Positions 1-10,425 of a DNA stretch of 64,000 nt are shown here, in pieces. Source of the stretch: Candidatus Latescibacterota bacterium. Lineage in GTDB: Bacteria > Latescibacterota > UBA2968 > UBA8231. The DNA lies in the NCBI GenBank assembly GCA_965206595.1, contig OZ242214.1:5632001-5696000 (forward strand), in the 5' to 3' direction. Position 1 is the stretch's first letter. Each line of letters starts with the position of its first letter. Made by a program: the position numbers and the translations under genes. The notes beneath the pieces were generated by a model. The model was not told where the DNA came from. It worked only from the letters and a program-made list of their open reading frames with translations, and made no database searches.

Positions 1-2038
1 TGGTCGGCTCCCGCAGTGAGTAGCGCACCGAGGCGGGGGTGAAGGCCTGCCCCGTGGCGTACACGAGGTTGGAGCCCAGGCGCCATCTCCCAACCCGGTA
101 GGAGAGCACGAAGGAGAGGTCGTGGCGGCGGTCGTACTTGGGCGGAAAGGCGCGCCCCTGGTTCAGCTCCGGGAAGGTGCGCCGCGTCCAACCCAGGGTG
201 TAGCCCACCCAGCCGGTGAGAGCTCCCGAGCGCCGCTGCAGGAAGAGCTCGACTCCGCTGGCCCAGCCGGTACCGCCGCTGACGAAGATGTCTTCGGAGC
301 GCGCGGCTTCGCTGTCGGCGGCCACGGCGGTGTCGAGCACCAAGAGGTTCGCCAAGTCCGTGTAGTAGCCCTCCACCGTGAACTGGTACCGCCGCGACGG
401 GTTCCACTCGGCGCCTGCCACCCCCTGCCAGGAGCGCCCCGGCTCGACGCTGTCGTCCAGGGGCACCCAGAGGTCGCCGCCGCTGAAAGTCTCCGTGGTG
501 ATCAGCTGCAGGTACTGGCGGTACATCCCCCCGGCGAGCTTGAGGCGGACCTTCTCGGTGAGGGCCCGGCTGAGGGAGAGGCGCGGGCTGAAGTGCAGGC
601 GGTTGCCGACGCTGAACCAGGTGGACCGCCCCCCGAGCCGCAGCCGCGTGACCGGATCGGCCTGCCACTCGTCCTGCAGGTAGGCCGAGACCAGCCGCGA
701 GCCCTGGCGCAGGTCGTCCTGCTCCTCCCGGTTGAAGGTCTGGGAGAATCGGAACCTGAACAGGGTGGCCAGGAAGCCGAGGGAGAGGGTGTGGTCGCGG
801 TGGGCGAAGTAGTCGAGGTCGCCCTTGAGCGACAGGTCCCGAATGCTGTTCTCGATGGCGACGGGCGTGTTGAAGACGCTGAAGTCCATGGCGCTCCGGT
901 AGTACGAGCCGGCGGCCATGAAGTGACCGAAGAGATCGGGCGAGAACACCCGCGTCCAGCGTGCGGTCAGGGCGCGGTTGCCCCAGCGCATGTCGACGAA
1001 GGAGTCCTCCGCTTCTTCCTGGCCGGTGCCCACCGTGTCAACGCTGGACTCCTCTCCCCCGAAGAGGTCGGCCCAAAGGTCGTCCTGGCCCCAGTAGGTG
1101 CTCAGCGTGAAGGTGTCGTCGCCGCGCCGTTGGTTGATCTTGCCGTTGAAGTCGTAGAAGTAGTACCTGAGGGGGATGTCGACGTCGAATGCGCGGATGG
1201 TGCCGAAGACGGGCTCCAGGTAGGTGCGGCGGCCGGCCGCCATCCACGAGCCGTCCTCCACCGGCCCCTCGGCCAGCAGGCGGCTGGAGATGAGACTGAT
1301 GCCGCCGCGGCCGCTGAAGCGCTGCCGGTTGCCCTCGCGGTTGCTCACGTCGAGGACGGCCCCGAGGGTGCGGCCGTACGGCGCCGGGTAGGCCCCCTTG
1401 TAGAGTTGCACGTCCTTGATGGCATCGGGGTTGAAGGTGGAGAAGAACCCGAAGAAGTGGGAGGGGTTGTACAGGGGGATGTGGTCGAGGAGGATGGCCG
1501 TCTGGTCAGGCCCGCCGCCGCGCACGTAGAGGCCGCTGCTGAGGTCGGAGGCCGACTGGATGCCGGGCAGCAGCTGCAGGCTGCGCAGCAAGTCGGCCTC
1601 GCCCATGGCCGGCATCCGCTGCAGGGGCTCGACCGGCAGACTGAGAAAGCTGCCCTGGGTGGCCTGCTCGAGCTCCATGCGCTCCGCCTCGACCACGATC
1701 TCCTCTTCGAGGGCCAGGGGCCGGGGCGCCAGGGCCCAGTCGCGGCGCAGTTCCCCCGTCTCCTCGAAGCGCAATGTGTCGCGTCCGGTATCGTAGCCTA
1801 TGTAGGACACGGACACCGCGTAGGTGCCGGCCGGGATATCCTTTACGGCGTAGTAGCCGCTGCTGTTGCTCACCGCCCCGAGCCGGATATCCTCGATTGC
1901 GATGGTTGCAAGAGGCAGGGACTCGCCGTTTTCGGCGTCGGTCACGAAGCCGCCGAGGGTGGCCGCACGGGCGCTTGCCGCGGCCAGCAGCAGCCATGCC
2001 GGCAACCGCCCGGCTCTTCTGATTCTTCGGGTTGGCAT
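1..2038 (-). CDS. TonB-dependent receptor (carboxypeptidase-regulatory-like N-domain, plug, barrel); runs off the left edge
   Basis: Not in the ORF track. Manual translation from ATG 2038: MPTRRIRRAGRLPAWLLLAAASARAATLGGFVTDAENGESLPLATI...GEADLLRSLQLLPGI...GLYVRGGGPDQTAILLDHIPLYNPSHFFGFFSTFNPDAIKDV, a typical signal peptide and plug signature. Confidence 0.92.
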   Translation of the reverse strand, partial: MPTRRIRRAGRLPAWLLLAAASARAATLGGFVTDAENGESLPLATIAIEDIRLGAVSNSSGYYAVKDIPAGTYAVSVSYIGYDTGRDTLRFEETGELRRDWALAPRPLALEEEIVVEAERMELEQATQGSFLSLPVEPLQRMPAMGEADLLRSLQLLPGIQSASDLSSGLYVRGGGPDQTAILLDHIPLYNPSHFFGFFSTFNPDAIKDVQLYKGAYPAPYGRTLGAVLDVSNREGNRQRFSGRGGISLISSRLLAEGPVEDGSWMAAGRRTYLEPVFGTIRAFDVDIPLRYYFYDFNGKINQRRGDDTFTLSTYWGQDDLWADLFGGEESSVDTVGTGQEEAEDSFVDMRWGNRALTARWTRVFSPDLFGHFMAAGSYYRSAMDFSVFNTPVAIENSIRDLSLKGDLDYFAHRDHTLSLGFLATLFRFRFSQTFNREEQDDLRQGSRLVSAYLQDEWQADPVTRLRLGGRSTWFSVGNRLHFSPRLSLSRALTEKVRLKLAGGMYRQYLQLITTETFSGGDLWVPLDDSVEPGRSWQGVAGAEWNPSRRYQFTVEGYYTDLANLLVLDTAVAADSEAARSEDIFVSGGTGWASGVELFLQRRSGALTGWVGYTLGWTRRTFPELNQGRAFPPKYDRRHDLSFVLSYRVGRWRLGSNLVYATGQAFTPASVRYSLREPT

Positions 2039-2437
2039 TTCTGAAGCGGAAGACTCACGGCGGCTTGCCCGGTTTCGTATCGGGACTGGTTTCCTCACAG
2101 GGCAACCAAATTACCGATCCTCCCGGTCAATGCGAACCAAGGCTTCGTGTTGGAGGTGGACCGACCGAGGCCCCGGCATTCCGCCCCCAGGCCACGTTGG
2201 CGGAGATAACGGGCGCCTCGGGGGCGCGGCCTGCATGCGCTGCCGGTGGGCAGGCGGCGTTCCTTCGTTAACGCCCGACGCGTTCTTTCTCAAATGGATC
2301 GGGTTTCGCCAGGCCGTGCATCAGAATCCGGAAGGAGGCTCCCCGCAAATGGGACAAAAGCACTCGATACCCCGCCGGACCGGGTTTGAGCAGGCGCGGG
2401 CAGTTGTACAGATTACCACCGAGGAGGCACAGACAGC

Positions 2438-3313
2438 ATGCAGATCGTTCTGAATTCCAAGTTTTTTTCCGGCCTTTCGGTTCCCGAGCTGGGGGACAAG
2501 GCGCTCGAGCTGGGGTACGACGGCATCGACGTCTGCGTCCGCCCGGGCCACCCGGTCCACCCCGGCAACGCCGCGGCCGAGCTTCCCGGGGCGGTGGCCT
2601 CCTGGCGCCGGCAGGGGCTTTCCTGTCCGTTGGCGACCGCGGCGACGGACTTCATCGATCCGGCCGCTCCCGGCGCGGAAAGCCTGTACGCCGCCTGCGC
2701 CGAGGCCGGCGTCCCGCGGCTGAAGATCGGCTTCTGGCGGCATTCCCCTGGGAACGACTACTGGCAGGCAGTCGATGCGGCGCGCAGAGACTTGGAGGGC
2801 TTCGCCAGGCACAGCGAGAAGCACGGCGTGCAGACCTGCTACCAGGTCCACAGCGGGGCCTGCATCGGCTCGAACTGCGCCGGGTTGATGCATCTGATCC
2901 GGGGGTTCGACCCGCGTCACGTCGGGGCGTATCCCGATTTCGGCCACCTTGCCCTCGACGGCGAGGACTGGGATATGGGGTTGGCGATGGTCCGCCCGTA
3001 CCTCTCTGTGGTGGGGGTCAAGGACGCTCTGTACCGCCACGAACCGGAGAGGAAGCCCCCCTGGAACCCCTGTTTCGTCAAGGTGGGGGAGGGGTGCGTC
3101 GACTGGGACAGATGCCTCGGAATCCTGAGCGGCTTCGGTTTCGACGGACCGCTGACCGTGCATACCGAGTACAGCTTCGACGAAGCGATCATCCGGCAGG
3201 TGGGCTGGGCCGACAGCTCGCCGCCGAACCTGGAGGAATGGGCCCGGGCGGACGCGGCGTACCTGCGGCAGGCGCTGGCCGCTCTCCGTCCGTCCGCCGC
3301 GGACAAACAGTGA
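2438..3313 (+). CDS. Sugar phosphate isomerase/epimerase (xylose isomerase-like TIM barrel)
   Basis: ELGYDGID, DFGH, VKD, GEGCVDW and GFDGPLTVHTEY motifs; GAGGAGG RBS upstream. Confidence 0.85.
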   Translation: MQIVLNSKFFSGLSVPELGDKALELGYDGIDVCVRPGHPVHPGNAAAELPGAVASWRRQGLSCPLATAATDFIDPAAPGAESLYAACAEAGVPRLKIGFWRHSPGNDYWQAVDAARRDLEGFARHSEKHGVQTCYQVHSGACIGSNCAGLMHLIRGFDPRHVGAYPDFGHLALDGEDWDMGLAMVRPYLSVVGVKDALYRHEPERKPPWNPCFVKVGEGCVDWDRCLGILSGFGFDGPLTVHTEYSFDEAIIRQVGWADSSPPNLEEWARADAAYLRQALAALRPSAADKQ

Positions 3314-3324
3314 ATCGAGGCGAC

Positions 3325-4137
3325 ATGCGGCTGAACGAACAGCAGCTGCGGCACTTCCACACCTTCGGATACCTGATCGTCCGCAAGCTCCTTTCCCCGG
3401 CGGAAGTCGAGTGGGTCACCGAGGAGTTCGAGTGGTCGATCCGGAATCGCGGCGGCGGCAACGGGCACGACGGCAGCCGCCGCACCATGTTCGGCGGCCC
3501 GATCGAGCACACCCGGAAGATGTGCACCCTTCTCGACCACCCGGGGGTTCGAGGCCTGATCGGAGGGGTGATCGGAGAGGACTTCAACTACTGCAGCGGG
3601 GACGGCAACTACTACGCCGGCGACACCCACTGGCATCCGGACGGCAACTGGGGGCAGCTGTGGGCGACCAAGACCGCCTTCTACCTCGACGAGCTGAGGG
3701 CGGACAGCGGCTGTCTTCGGTTGATTCCGGGCAGCCATCGCCCCGACCACTTCGTCCGCAGGGAGGGGATCAACCCGAACGATTCCGAGGAGCTGTTCGG
3801 AATGCCGAGGAGTGAGTTCCCCGGCAACGTCGCCATCGAAACCGATGCGGGGGACGTGGTCCTCTTCAACCACGACCTCTACCACGCCTCCTTCGGCGGC
3901 GGCGGCCGCAGGCGCATGTTCACCATGAACTGCACCCGCCACGCCCGCACTCCGGAGGAGCACGACCTCGCCCGCCAGTACCTCTCAGTGCACTCACCCG
4001 GGAGGAACAAGGTCGACACCGGCGCCGGCATGTTCTATCCCACCATGGTCGACACCGCCGACGAAAGCCGCATGGTCCATCTGCGGCAGGCGGCGGAGAT
4101 CCACGACGAGCTGTTCCCGGAATTCGCCCGCGGGTAG
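3325..4137 (+). CDS. Phytanoyl-CoA dioxygenase (PhyH) family Fe(II)/2OG dioxygenase
   Basis: C-terminal part of ORF 2386-4137: MRLNEQQLRHFHTFGYL, WHPD (HxD), GCLRLIPGSH, AGDVVLFNHDLYHAS; GAGG RBS before ATG 3325. Confidence 0.9.
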   Translation: MRLNEQQLRHFHTFGYLIVRKLLSPAEVEWVTEEFEWSIRNRGGGNGHDGSRRTMFGGPIEHTRKMCTLLDHPGVRGLIGGVIGEDFNYCSGDGNYYAGDTHWHPDGNWGQLWATKTAFYLDELRADSGCLRLIPGSHRPDHFVRREGINPNDSEELFGMPRSEFPGNVAIETDAGDVVLFNHDLYHASFGGGGRRRMFTMNCTRHARTPEEHDLARQYLSVHSPGRNKVDTGAGMFYPTMVDTADESRMVHLRQAAEIHDELFPEFARG

Positions 4138-4192
4138 TGTCCCGGCACAAATATGTCGCCATAAAGACGCCGATCCATCCCGGCTCCCGGCG

Positions 4193-4246
4193 TTGCCTTC
4201 ACTCGCTGTACGCCCTCGGTACGACTCGCTCAGGCGCTTTGTCAGC
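4193..4246. repeat. Dispersed 54-bp intergenic REP-like repeat, copy 1
   Basis: 45/54 identical, ungapped, to 28779-28832; shared core GGTACGACTCGCTCAGGCGC. Confidence 0.7.
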
Positions 4247-4494
4247 GGGGGGCCTCGGCGCCAGGTTCGCGGTCGGCCCGGGTCAAGCGGTGGGCACTTA
4301 CGGGGGCAGGGAGCCGAATCCGGTTCAGAGCCCTGCCCCTCTCCTTCAAATCAAATAGCGGCTTTCACCAAGGCTCGCGCACCGCAGTCTGGGGGCGCTT
4401 CGGCAGCACAGGCTCACAGGGCAACCCCCGTGCCGCTCGCAGGAATCGGGCCGGGACCTCTGCTCCCCTCTCATCAGGCAGGATTCTGTCAGAC

Positions 4495-5461
4495 CTACCC
4501 GGAGTACGGCGCCAGGTCGAGACCCGGGAACAGCACCTCGAGGTTCGCCAGGGTGTTGCCGTCGTAGTACGGGGTGCCCGGGAGGCGGCCATCCGAACAA
4601 GGTCCGCACCCGCGGCGTGGTGCTTTCCCAGAACGGCTTGACGTGCTCCCGCTCGGGACCGGCCCAGGGGTTGGCGAGCTTCGTCCAGCGGCTGTTGTCG
4701 GCGCGGCACATCGACAGGGTCCAGAAGGCGCGCTGCCTGCGCCGGTTCCGGAAGGGGACGGCGGCGTGCACGAGATAGGACGAGACGAACAGCGCCGACC
4801 CGGCCCTGGCGGTGGTCGGCACCGGCGCGGCGAACTCCGGCACCTTGCGAATGTCCCCTACGCTGCCCGAGGTGAGGTTGCCCTCGGCGCCAAGCCTCGG
4901 GAACAGCTCGACGACCTGGTGGTGGGATCCGGGAATCACGTGCATCGGCGCGCCGTTCTCCGCGACGTCGTGGAGGTAGACGCCGCTGTTGACGTAGTCG
5001 AAGGCGCCGACGCCGTGGCTCGGGGGCAGGAAGCAGTTGGTGTAGTGATCGATGTGGTATCCCTGCCAGGGATGCTCGGCGTGGCGCTCGTCGGTGGGGC
5101 CGGAGCGCATGAACAGATGGGCGTTGCAGTAGCTGGCTTCCGCCCCCAGGCACTGCTCGAAGACGTCGAGGTACTCGTCGTTCTCGATCAGCCTGTCGAG
5201 GGCATCCGCCCCGGTCGGAAACTGGGCGCGCCCGTGCTCGGTGTTGCCGTAATGGGGTACCGCGACCGTGGGGACCGGCTCGACCGAGTCGGCCTTCGCC
5301 CCGGCGTCGAGGTCGGCGAGGTGGTCGTCGAAGCTCTTGCCGTAGAAGATCTTCTCCATCTCCTCGAGGGCCGCCCCGACCGCGGCGGGGGAGAACAGGC
5401 CGGGCACCAGGATGTAGCCGTCGCGACGGAAGTCGGCGAGCTGGCTTTCTGTCAGTGGCAT
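4495..5461 (-). CDS. PhyH family dioxygenase with a +1 frameshift near the C-terminus
   Basis: MPLTESQLADFRRDGY, YHID, GAPMHVIPGSH, LVHAA. Removing one base from the G4 run at 4571-4574 restores WPPPGHPYYDGNTLANLEVLFPGLDLAPYSG-stop (TAG 4495-4497). Confidence 0.85.
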
Positions 5462-5568
5462 GGGATTTCTCTCGCTGGGGTATCCGCAGAGCGGAGTGGG
5501 CAAGGGGCCAAGGCGGCTTCCGTATTTCTTGTGAAAACGGCGACAAGGTACGGGACCGCGGCGGGATA

Positions 5569-6918
5569 TCAACCTCGTCGCGGCGATGGGTTCCGGCCCC
5601 GTTGTCGTGCCGTTGCTCGGCGGCCGTCGCCACCGGCAGCATCGGGAGAGCGGTCCGCATCGAGGGTAAACCGCTGGTCCTGCCGCGGCGCGAGGCCGAA
5701 GAAGGCGGCCATGATCGCGCCGCTGGCAATCCGCGCTGCTCCGGCCAGGCCGAAGGAAACCCAGTACCCGTGCTCGAGGATCAGCATCCCTCCGAGAATG
5801 CTGCCGGCGAAGCTGAAGATCTGGAACCCGCAGACGCGGAAACCCTGGATCCGGGCCCAGTAGCGCCGCGGCAGAACCCGGGTGGAGAAGTGCTGGTCGG
5901 AGGGGTTGTCGATCACCTCCCCGGCGCGCACGAGCAGGAACATCGCCACCGCCACGGGCAGGCTGATGACGGCGCCCATGACGCCGACGGCGCTGCCGCC
6001 GACGGTGCGGGCGCAGAGGATCGCCGCGGTCGCCCCCAGCCGGCGCACCAGGAAGGGCGCCCCGAAGGTGACGGGCAGGCTCACGAGCTGGCTGAGAAAG
6101 AAAATCGCCCCGATCGCCGCGGGCCCGACCTGCAGCTCCTCTTCGAAGAAGACGTTGAAGAACGGATAGGTCAGCCCCATCGAGAAGCCGCGGCTGGCGC
6201 TCAGGGCGGCGATGGCGGTATAGACGCGCCAGGGCGGGTCGCCCTCGGTGCCGGGTTCTTCCGGCGGCGCATAGGCGGGAAGCGGGTGAGCGGTCCTCCC
6301 CTCGACCGCCAGCAGGGGCAGCGCCGCGGCCAGCGAGAAGAAAGCCCCGAGCAGCAACGAGTAGCGGAACGGCTCGGGCATTTCCGTGGAGGCGCCGAGG
6401 AACCAGGCCAGGGCTCCGGGCATGACGCCCCCCGCCATGCTGAGAAGCATGCGGATCACCACCTGCAGGGCGGTCCAGATCACCAGCGCCTCGGCGCGCC
6501 GCGAGGGGTGGGCGTTGTCGGAGAGGAAGGGGACGTGGTTGACCCAGATGCAGGCCGAGCCCAGGCCGCCGACGAAGGAGAAGGCCAGCAGGGCTCCGGG
6601 GGCGCCGGCGAAGCAGAGCCCCAGCTGGGATACGGTCAGCAGCAGACTCGAACCCACCAGGAACGCCTTGCGGCCGAAGCGGTCGCTCAGCATGCCGACA
6701 GGGAGAGCGAGAAGCCCGGTGGCCAGCGGCGCCATGCCGGCGACCTGACCGATGAAGTCCTCCTGGTATCCCAGGCGCAGCAGGTAGAGGTTGTAGAGCA
6801 GCGAGAACAGCGCCATGCCGGCGTTGATCGAGATGCCGTAGAGGAAGAAGAGCCGGACGTTGCGGTTGAACTCGCGCAGGCGGAATCCGCTGAGGGTGGC
6901 GGGGATCGATATGGGCAT
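5569..6918 (-). CDS. MFS transporter
   Basis: About 12 hydrophobic segments; motif A GMLSDRFGRK. Confidence 0.9.
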   Translation of the reverse strand: MPISIPATLSGFRLREFNRNVRLFFLYGISINAGMALFSLLYNLYLLRLGYQEDFIGQVAGMAPLATGLLALPVGMLSDRFGRKAFLVGSSLLLTVSQLGLCFAGAPGALLAFSFVGGLGSACIWVNHVPFLSDNAHPSRRAEALVIWTALQVVIRMLLSMAGGVMPGALAWFLGASTEMPEPFRYSLLLGAFFSLAAALPLLAVEGRTAHPLPAYAPPEEPGTEGDPPWRVYTAIAALSASRGFSMGLTYPFFNVFFEEELQVGPAAIGAIFFLSQLVSLPVTFGAPFLVRRLGATAAILCARTVGGSAVGVMGAVISLPVAVAMFLLVRAGEVIDNPSDQHFSTRVLPRRYWARIQGFRVCGFQIFSFAGSILGGMLILEHGYWVSFGLAGAARIASGAIMAAFFGLAPRQDQRFTLDADRSPDAAGGDGRRATARQRGRNPSPRRG

Positions 6919-7168
6919 CTGTTATCGGAGGTGGGGGGCGGGGCTCACGTTTTTTTCAGGCTGCGCCGGCAATGGCCCGCCCGGGGCGCAAAGGAGCAGG
7001 GCCGGCCGCGAAGTACCCGGTGCCTGAGGCGCTCTCCTGCGGAGGAAGGTCCCGGGGGAGGACTGCCTCCTCCGGCTGCCGGAAGTCCGGGGGAAATCCA
7101 ATCGGGAGGAGGAGACAGGCGGGCGACAGGCTGGCCGCCCCGCTTTCTTCACGAGTCGGAGCCTGCTC

Positions 7169-8131
7169 TCACCCTGTCAGGATCTGGGAGAGCAGGCCCG
7201 GCTCGACGTTGCCGCCGCTGACGACGGCCACCGCGGTTTCCCCGGCCGGCAGGCGGTCGCGCCGGAACATCCACGCCGCCGCGGCGACGGCGCCGCTCGG
7301 CTCGGCCACCAGGCGGGCGTCGAGAACGATGCGCCGCATCGCTGCGGCGATCTCCTCCTCGCTGACGCTGACGACGTCGTCGACGAACGCCGTCATGTGC
7401 TCGAAAGTGATGGCGCCGACGCGGGTGGCGCGAAGGCCGTCGGCCATGGTGCGGCGCGTCTGCGCGAGCTCGAACTCGACGATTTCGCCGCGCTCGAAGC
7501 TCGCCCTCGCGTCTCCTGCCAGCTCCGGCTCGACCCCGACGACCCTGACGCCGCAGCCGCGGAGCTTGATGGCCGCGGCCACGCCGCTCAGCAGTCCGCC
7601 GCCGCCGATGGGGGCGAGCACGAGGTCCGCCTGCGGAAGATCCTCGCAGATCTCGAGGCCCGTGGTTCCCGCCCCGGCGATGATGGTCTCGTCGTCGAAG
7701 GGAGGCACCATCGCGTACCCGTGTTCCGCGGCCATTTCCTCGGCGGCGAGGCGCCAGTCTTCCTCGGACCCCTCGGCCAGCTCGACGACCTCGGCACCGA
7801 GTTTCCGCGTCTTCCGTTTCTTGACCTCCGGGGCGATCGCCGGCATGGCGATCGTCGCCTTTATTCCGAGGGCGCGCGCCGCGTAGGCGACCCCCTGGGC
7901 GTGGTTGCCGCTGGAGAAGGCGATCACGCCGCGCCCTTTCTCTTCCGCGGTCAGCGAGGCGATCTTGTTGTACGCCCCGCGCAGCTTGAAAGCCCCTACC
8001 GGCTGCAGGTTCTCCGCCTTCAGGTACAGAGGCCCTGACGTCGAGCCGTCATGGAGGGGGACAAGCGGGGTGCGTAGCACCACGCCTTCGATACGGTTTC
8101 TGGCTTCCTGGAGATCGGCGAGGGTAATCAT
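7169..8131 (-). CDS. PLP-dependent threonine/serine dehydratase (catalytic domain only, no ACT domain)
   Basis: KAENLQPVGAFKLRGA (PLP lysine), SSGNHAQG, PIGGGGLLSG, EPSGA, SGGN. Confidence 0.93.
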   Translation of the reverse strand: MITLADLQEARNRIEGVVLRTPLVPLHDGSTSGPLYLKAENLQPVGAFKLRGAYNKIASLTAEEKGRGVIAFSSGNHAQGVAYAARALGIKATIAMPAIAPEVKKRKTRKLGAEVVELAEGSEEDWRLAAEEMAAEHGYAMVPPFDDETIIAGAGTTGLEICEDLPQADLVLAPIGGGGLLSGVAAAIKLRGCGVRVVGVEPELAGDARASFERGEIVEFELAQTRRTMADGLRATRVGAITFEHMTAFVDDVVSVSEEEIAAAMRRIVLDARLVAEPSGAVAAAAWMFRRDRLPAGETAVAVVSGGNVEPGLLSQILTG

Positions 8132-8136
8132 CGGTC

Positions 8137-8179
8137 GTGTGACAGAAGGTTTGTCGGTAGTGTGACAGGAGGTTTGTCG
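8137..8179. promoter_or_regulatory. Tandem operator-like direct repeat in a divergent promoter
   Basis: GTGTGACAGAAGGTTTGTCG (8137-8156) and GTGTGACAGGAGGTTTGTCG (8160-8179), 19/20 identical, each containing GACA-N7-TGTC. Confidence 0.55.
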
Positions 8180-8222
8180 CGGCTGCCGAATATCGTAGCA
8201 TTGTCCTTCAGGGAGAAGAAGA

Positions 8223-9278
8223 ATGCGAATTTCGGTCGGACACGACCCCGGGCTTTCCGAAGGCTATCTGCGCAAGATGTGCCAGCTCGGGGTCGATTGC
8301 ATCGATTTCGGCAGCGGGGACTGGTTTCCGGGGGTGAAGGAACAGGGCTACCCCGATCTGGACGGGTTGATCCGCATCCGCCGCAGGCTGCAGTCCTGGG
8401 GGATGGACTGGAACCGGGTCACCCTGCCGGACATGACCGAGGCGTTCTTTCTCGACCGCGACGGGGCCGAGCGCGAGCTCGAAAACAGCGCCGCGGCGCT
8501 TGCCGTCTTCGCCGAGGCCGGGGCCCCGATCGCCCGCCAGCGTTGCGAGGGGGACACCTTCAACCACCTGCTCCGCCACTATCGCTCCGTGCACCGCGGC
8601 GGCTATCTCGGCGCCGGCGACACGGTGTTGCAAGGAGGCGCGCTGCAGCTATCCGAGCAGGAGCTGAGGAGCCGTAGGGTGCACGTCTGGGACGGCGCGA
8701 GCACGGAACCGCCCGGCAGGGAGGCCCTCGACGACTGGTGGGACCACTTCTGCCGCATCTACAGGGAGCTCGTCCCGATCGCCGACGAAACCGGCATCCG
8801 GCTCGTCATGCACCCCAGCGACATCCCCATGCCGGACACCCCGTTCGGAGGGCTCGGCTTCCACCGCATCAGCGACTGCTTTCCCAGCAGACAGGTCGGC
8901 TACCTCTACTGCTGCGGCACCCGCGCCGAGGCAGGCGGCCTGCCGCTGGTGCTCGACGAGGTCGAGAACTACGGGCGCAAGGGGCGCATCTTCACCGTGC
9001 ACTTCCGCAACGTCCGGGCGTCGCTGGCCACGGCGCAGGCGTATGAGGAGGTGGCCCTCGACGACGGCGACATGAACATGTTCAGGATCCTGCTCGCCCT
9101 GGACCGGGTCGGGTTCGACGGCTGCGTCAACCCCGACCACATGCCGATCGTCGAGGGGGATTGGGCCGACAACATGAACCCTGCGAGCAGGCAGGTTTCG
9201 CACCAGGCGCTGGCGTACGCCATCGGCTATATCAAAGCCCTGTTGGCGGCCTTGGCGGAGCTCAAGGGAAGGGGATAG
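8223..9278 (+). CDS. Mannonate dehydratase (UxuA-like) family protein
   Basis: LVPIADETGIRLVMHPSD, FTVHFRNV, DDGDMNM, PDHMP, AYAIGYIKAL. Confidence 0.8.
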   Translation: MRISVGHDPGLSEGYLRKMCQLGVDCIDFGSGDWFPGVKEQGYPDLDGLIRIRRRLQSWGMDWNRVTLPDMTEAFFLDRDGAERELENSAAALAVFAEAGAPIARQRCEGDTFNHLLRHYRSVHRGGYLGAGDTVLQGGALQLSEQELRSRRVHVWDGASTEPPGREALDDWWDHFCRIYRELVPIADETGIRLVMHPSDIPMPDTPFGGLGFHRISDCFPSRQVGYLYCCGTRAEAGGLPLVLDEVENYGRKGRIFTVHFRNVRASLATAQAYEEVALDDGDMNMFRILLALDRVGFDGCVNPDHMPIVEGDWADNMNPASRQVSHQALAYAIGYIKALLAALAELKGRG

Positions 9279-9284
9279 CCGCAC

Positions 9285-10388
9285 ATGGCGAAAACATTCA
9301 GGATCGCAATCGTCGGGCACACCGGGCGCGGCAGCTACGGGCACGGACTCGACATGGGGTTCGTCGGCGTAGAAGGGGCGCATATAGCCGCCCTCGCCGA
9401 TCCCGACGAGGAGGGGCGGGCGGCGGCGCTCGCGAAGACCGGGGCCGAAGCGGGCTACGCCGAGTACCGGGAGATGCTCCCCAGGGAAAAGCCCGACATA
9501 GCGGTCCTCGCCTCGCGCGAGATCGGCGACCATTGCCAGCTCGTGCTCGACGCCGCCGAAGCCGGCTGCAATATCTACCTCGAAAAGCCGGTGGCCGCCT
9601 CTCCCGCCGAGGTCGACCGGATGATGGCCGCCTGCGAAAAGGCAGGGGTGCTCTGCGTCGTCGCTCACCCCTGGCGCGGCCACCCGCCGATTCAGCGCGT
9701 CGCCATCCCGATGATCCGGGCCGGCGACAAGATCGGCGAGCCGCGGCTGTGCCGCGTCTACGGCATGAACGGCCACCACGGCGGCGACCAGCTCTTCCTC
9801 GACCTCTACCCCCACTTCTTCGATTTCCTCTGGCAGCTGTTCGGCGCGCCCCTGTGGTGCCACGCCCATCTGACGGAAGGCGGGCGGGACGCGGTGCCCG
9901 CCGATCTCGAGCCGGGCGCCGAGGGCATGGGCCTGGTTGCCGGCGACGGCATCAGGGCCTACTACCAGTTCCCGTCGGGGGTGGCCGCGGACTTCGAGTC
10001 GTACCGGGGCGACTCCGGCGAGATGCCCTACCGCATCGACATCCACGGCACCACGGGAACCCTGTCGATCCCGGGGCCGATGTCGAGCCAGCCCGACATC
10101 TACTACCACCCGCAGGTCAGCCCGAAGCTGTTCGGCGACGACCGCTGGGAGGTGGTCCCCTCCGAGCCGCCGCCGGACGCGGAGAAATGGGTGCAGGCCC
10201 ACCATCGCATGGCGCGCTCGATGATGGACATGCTGGAGGGGAAGGAACCGGAGTGGGAACTGGTACAGCTGGGGAATGCGCGGCTGTATCTCGAGATGGC
10301 GATGATTGCCCACGCCTCGCACATGGCGGGCTCGCGGGTGTCGCTGCCGCTGGCGACCGCGGACAACCCGTTCGACGACTGGGAGTAA
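9285..10388 (+). CDS. Gfo/Idh/MocA family oxidoreductase
   Basis: N-terminal Rossmann IAIVGHTGRGSYGH; YLEKP motif. Confidence 0.88.
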   Translation: MAKTFRIAIVGHTGRGSYGHGLDMGFVGVEGAHIAALADPDEEGRAAALAKTGAEAGYAEYREMLPREKPDIAVLASREIGDHCQLVLDAAEAGCNIYLEKPVAASPAEVDRMMAACEKAGVLCVVAHPWRGHPPIQRVAIPMIRAGDKIGEPRLCRVYGMNGHHGGDQLFLDLYPHFFDFLWQLFGAPLWCHAHLTEGGRDAVPADLEPGAEGMGLVAGDGIRAYYQFPSGVAADFESYRGDSGEMPYRIDIHGTTGTLSIPGPMSSQPDIYYHPQVSPKLFGDDRWEVVPSEPPPDAEKWVQAHHRMARSMMDMLEGKEPEWELVQLGNARLYLEMAMIAHASHMAGSRVSLPLATADNPFDDWE

Positions 10389-10425
10389 AAGCGGGGCGGG
10401 CGCGCTGACCGGGGGGGACCCTCAG

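Noticed and set aside
122-2044. 640-aa plus-strand ORF
   Set aside because: Antisense shadow of the minus-strand TonB-dependent receptor; no motifs of its own.
2039-2437. Riboswitch upstream of the TonB receptor (cobalamin or TPP)
   Set aside because: No conserved B12-box or TPP core recognised by eye; an Infernal/Rfam scan would settle it.
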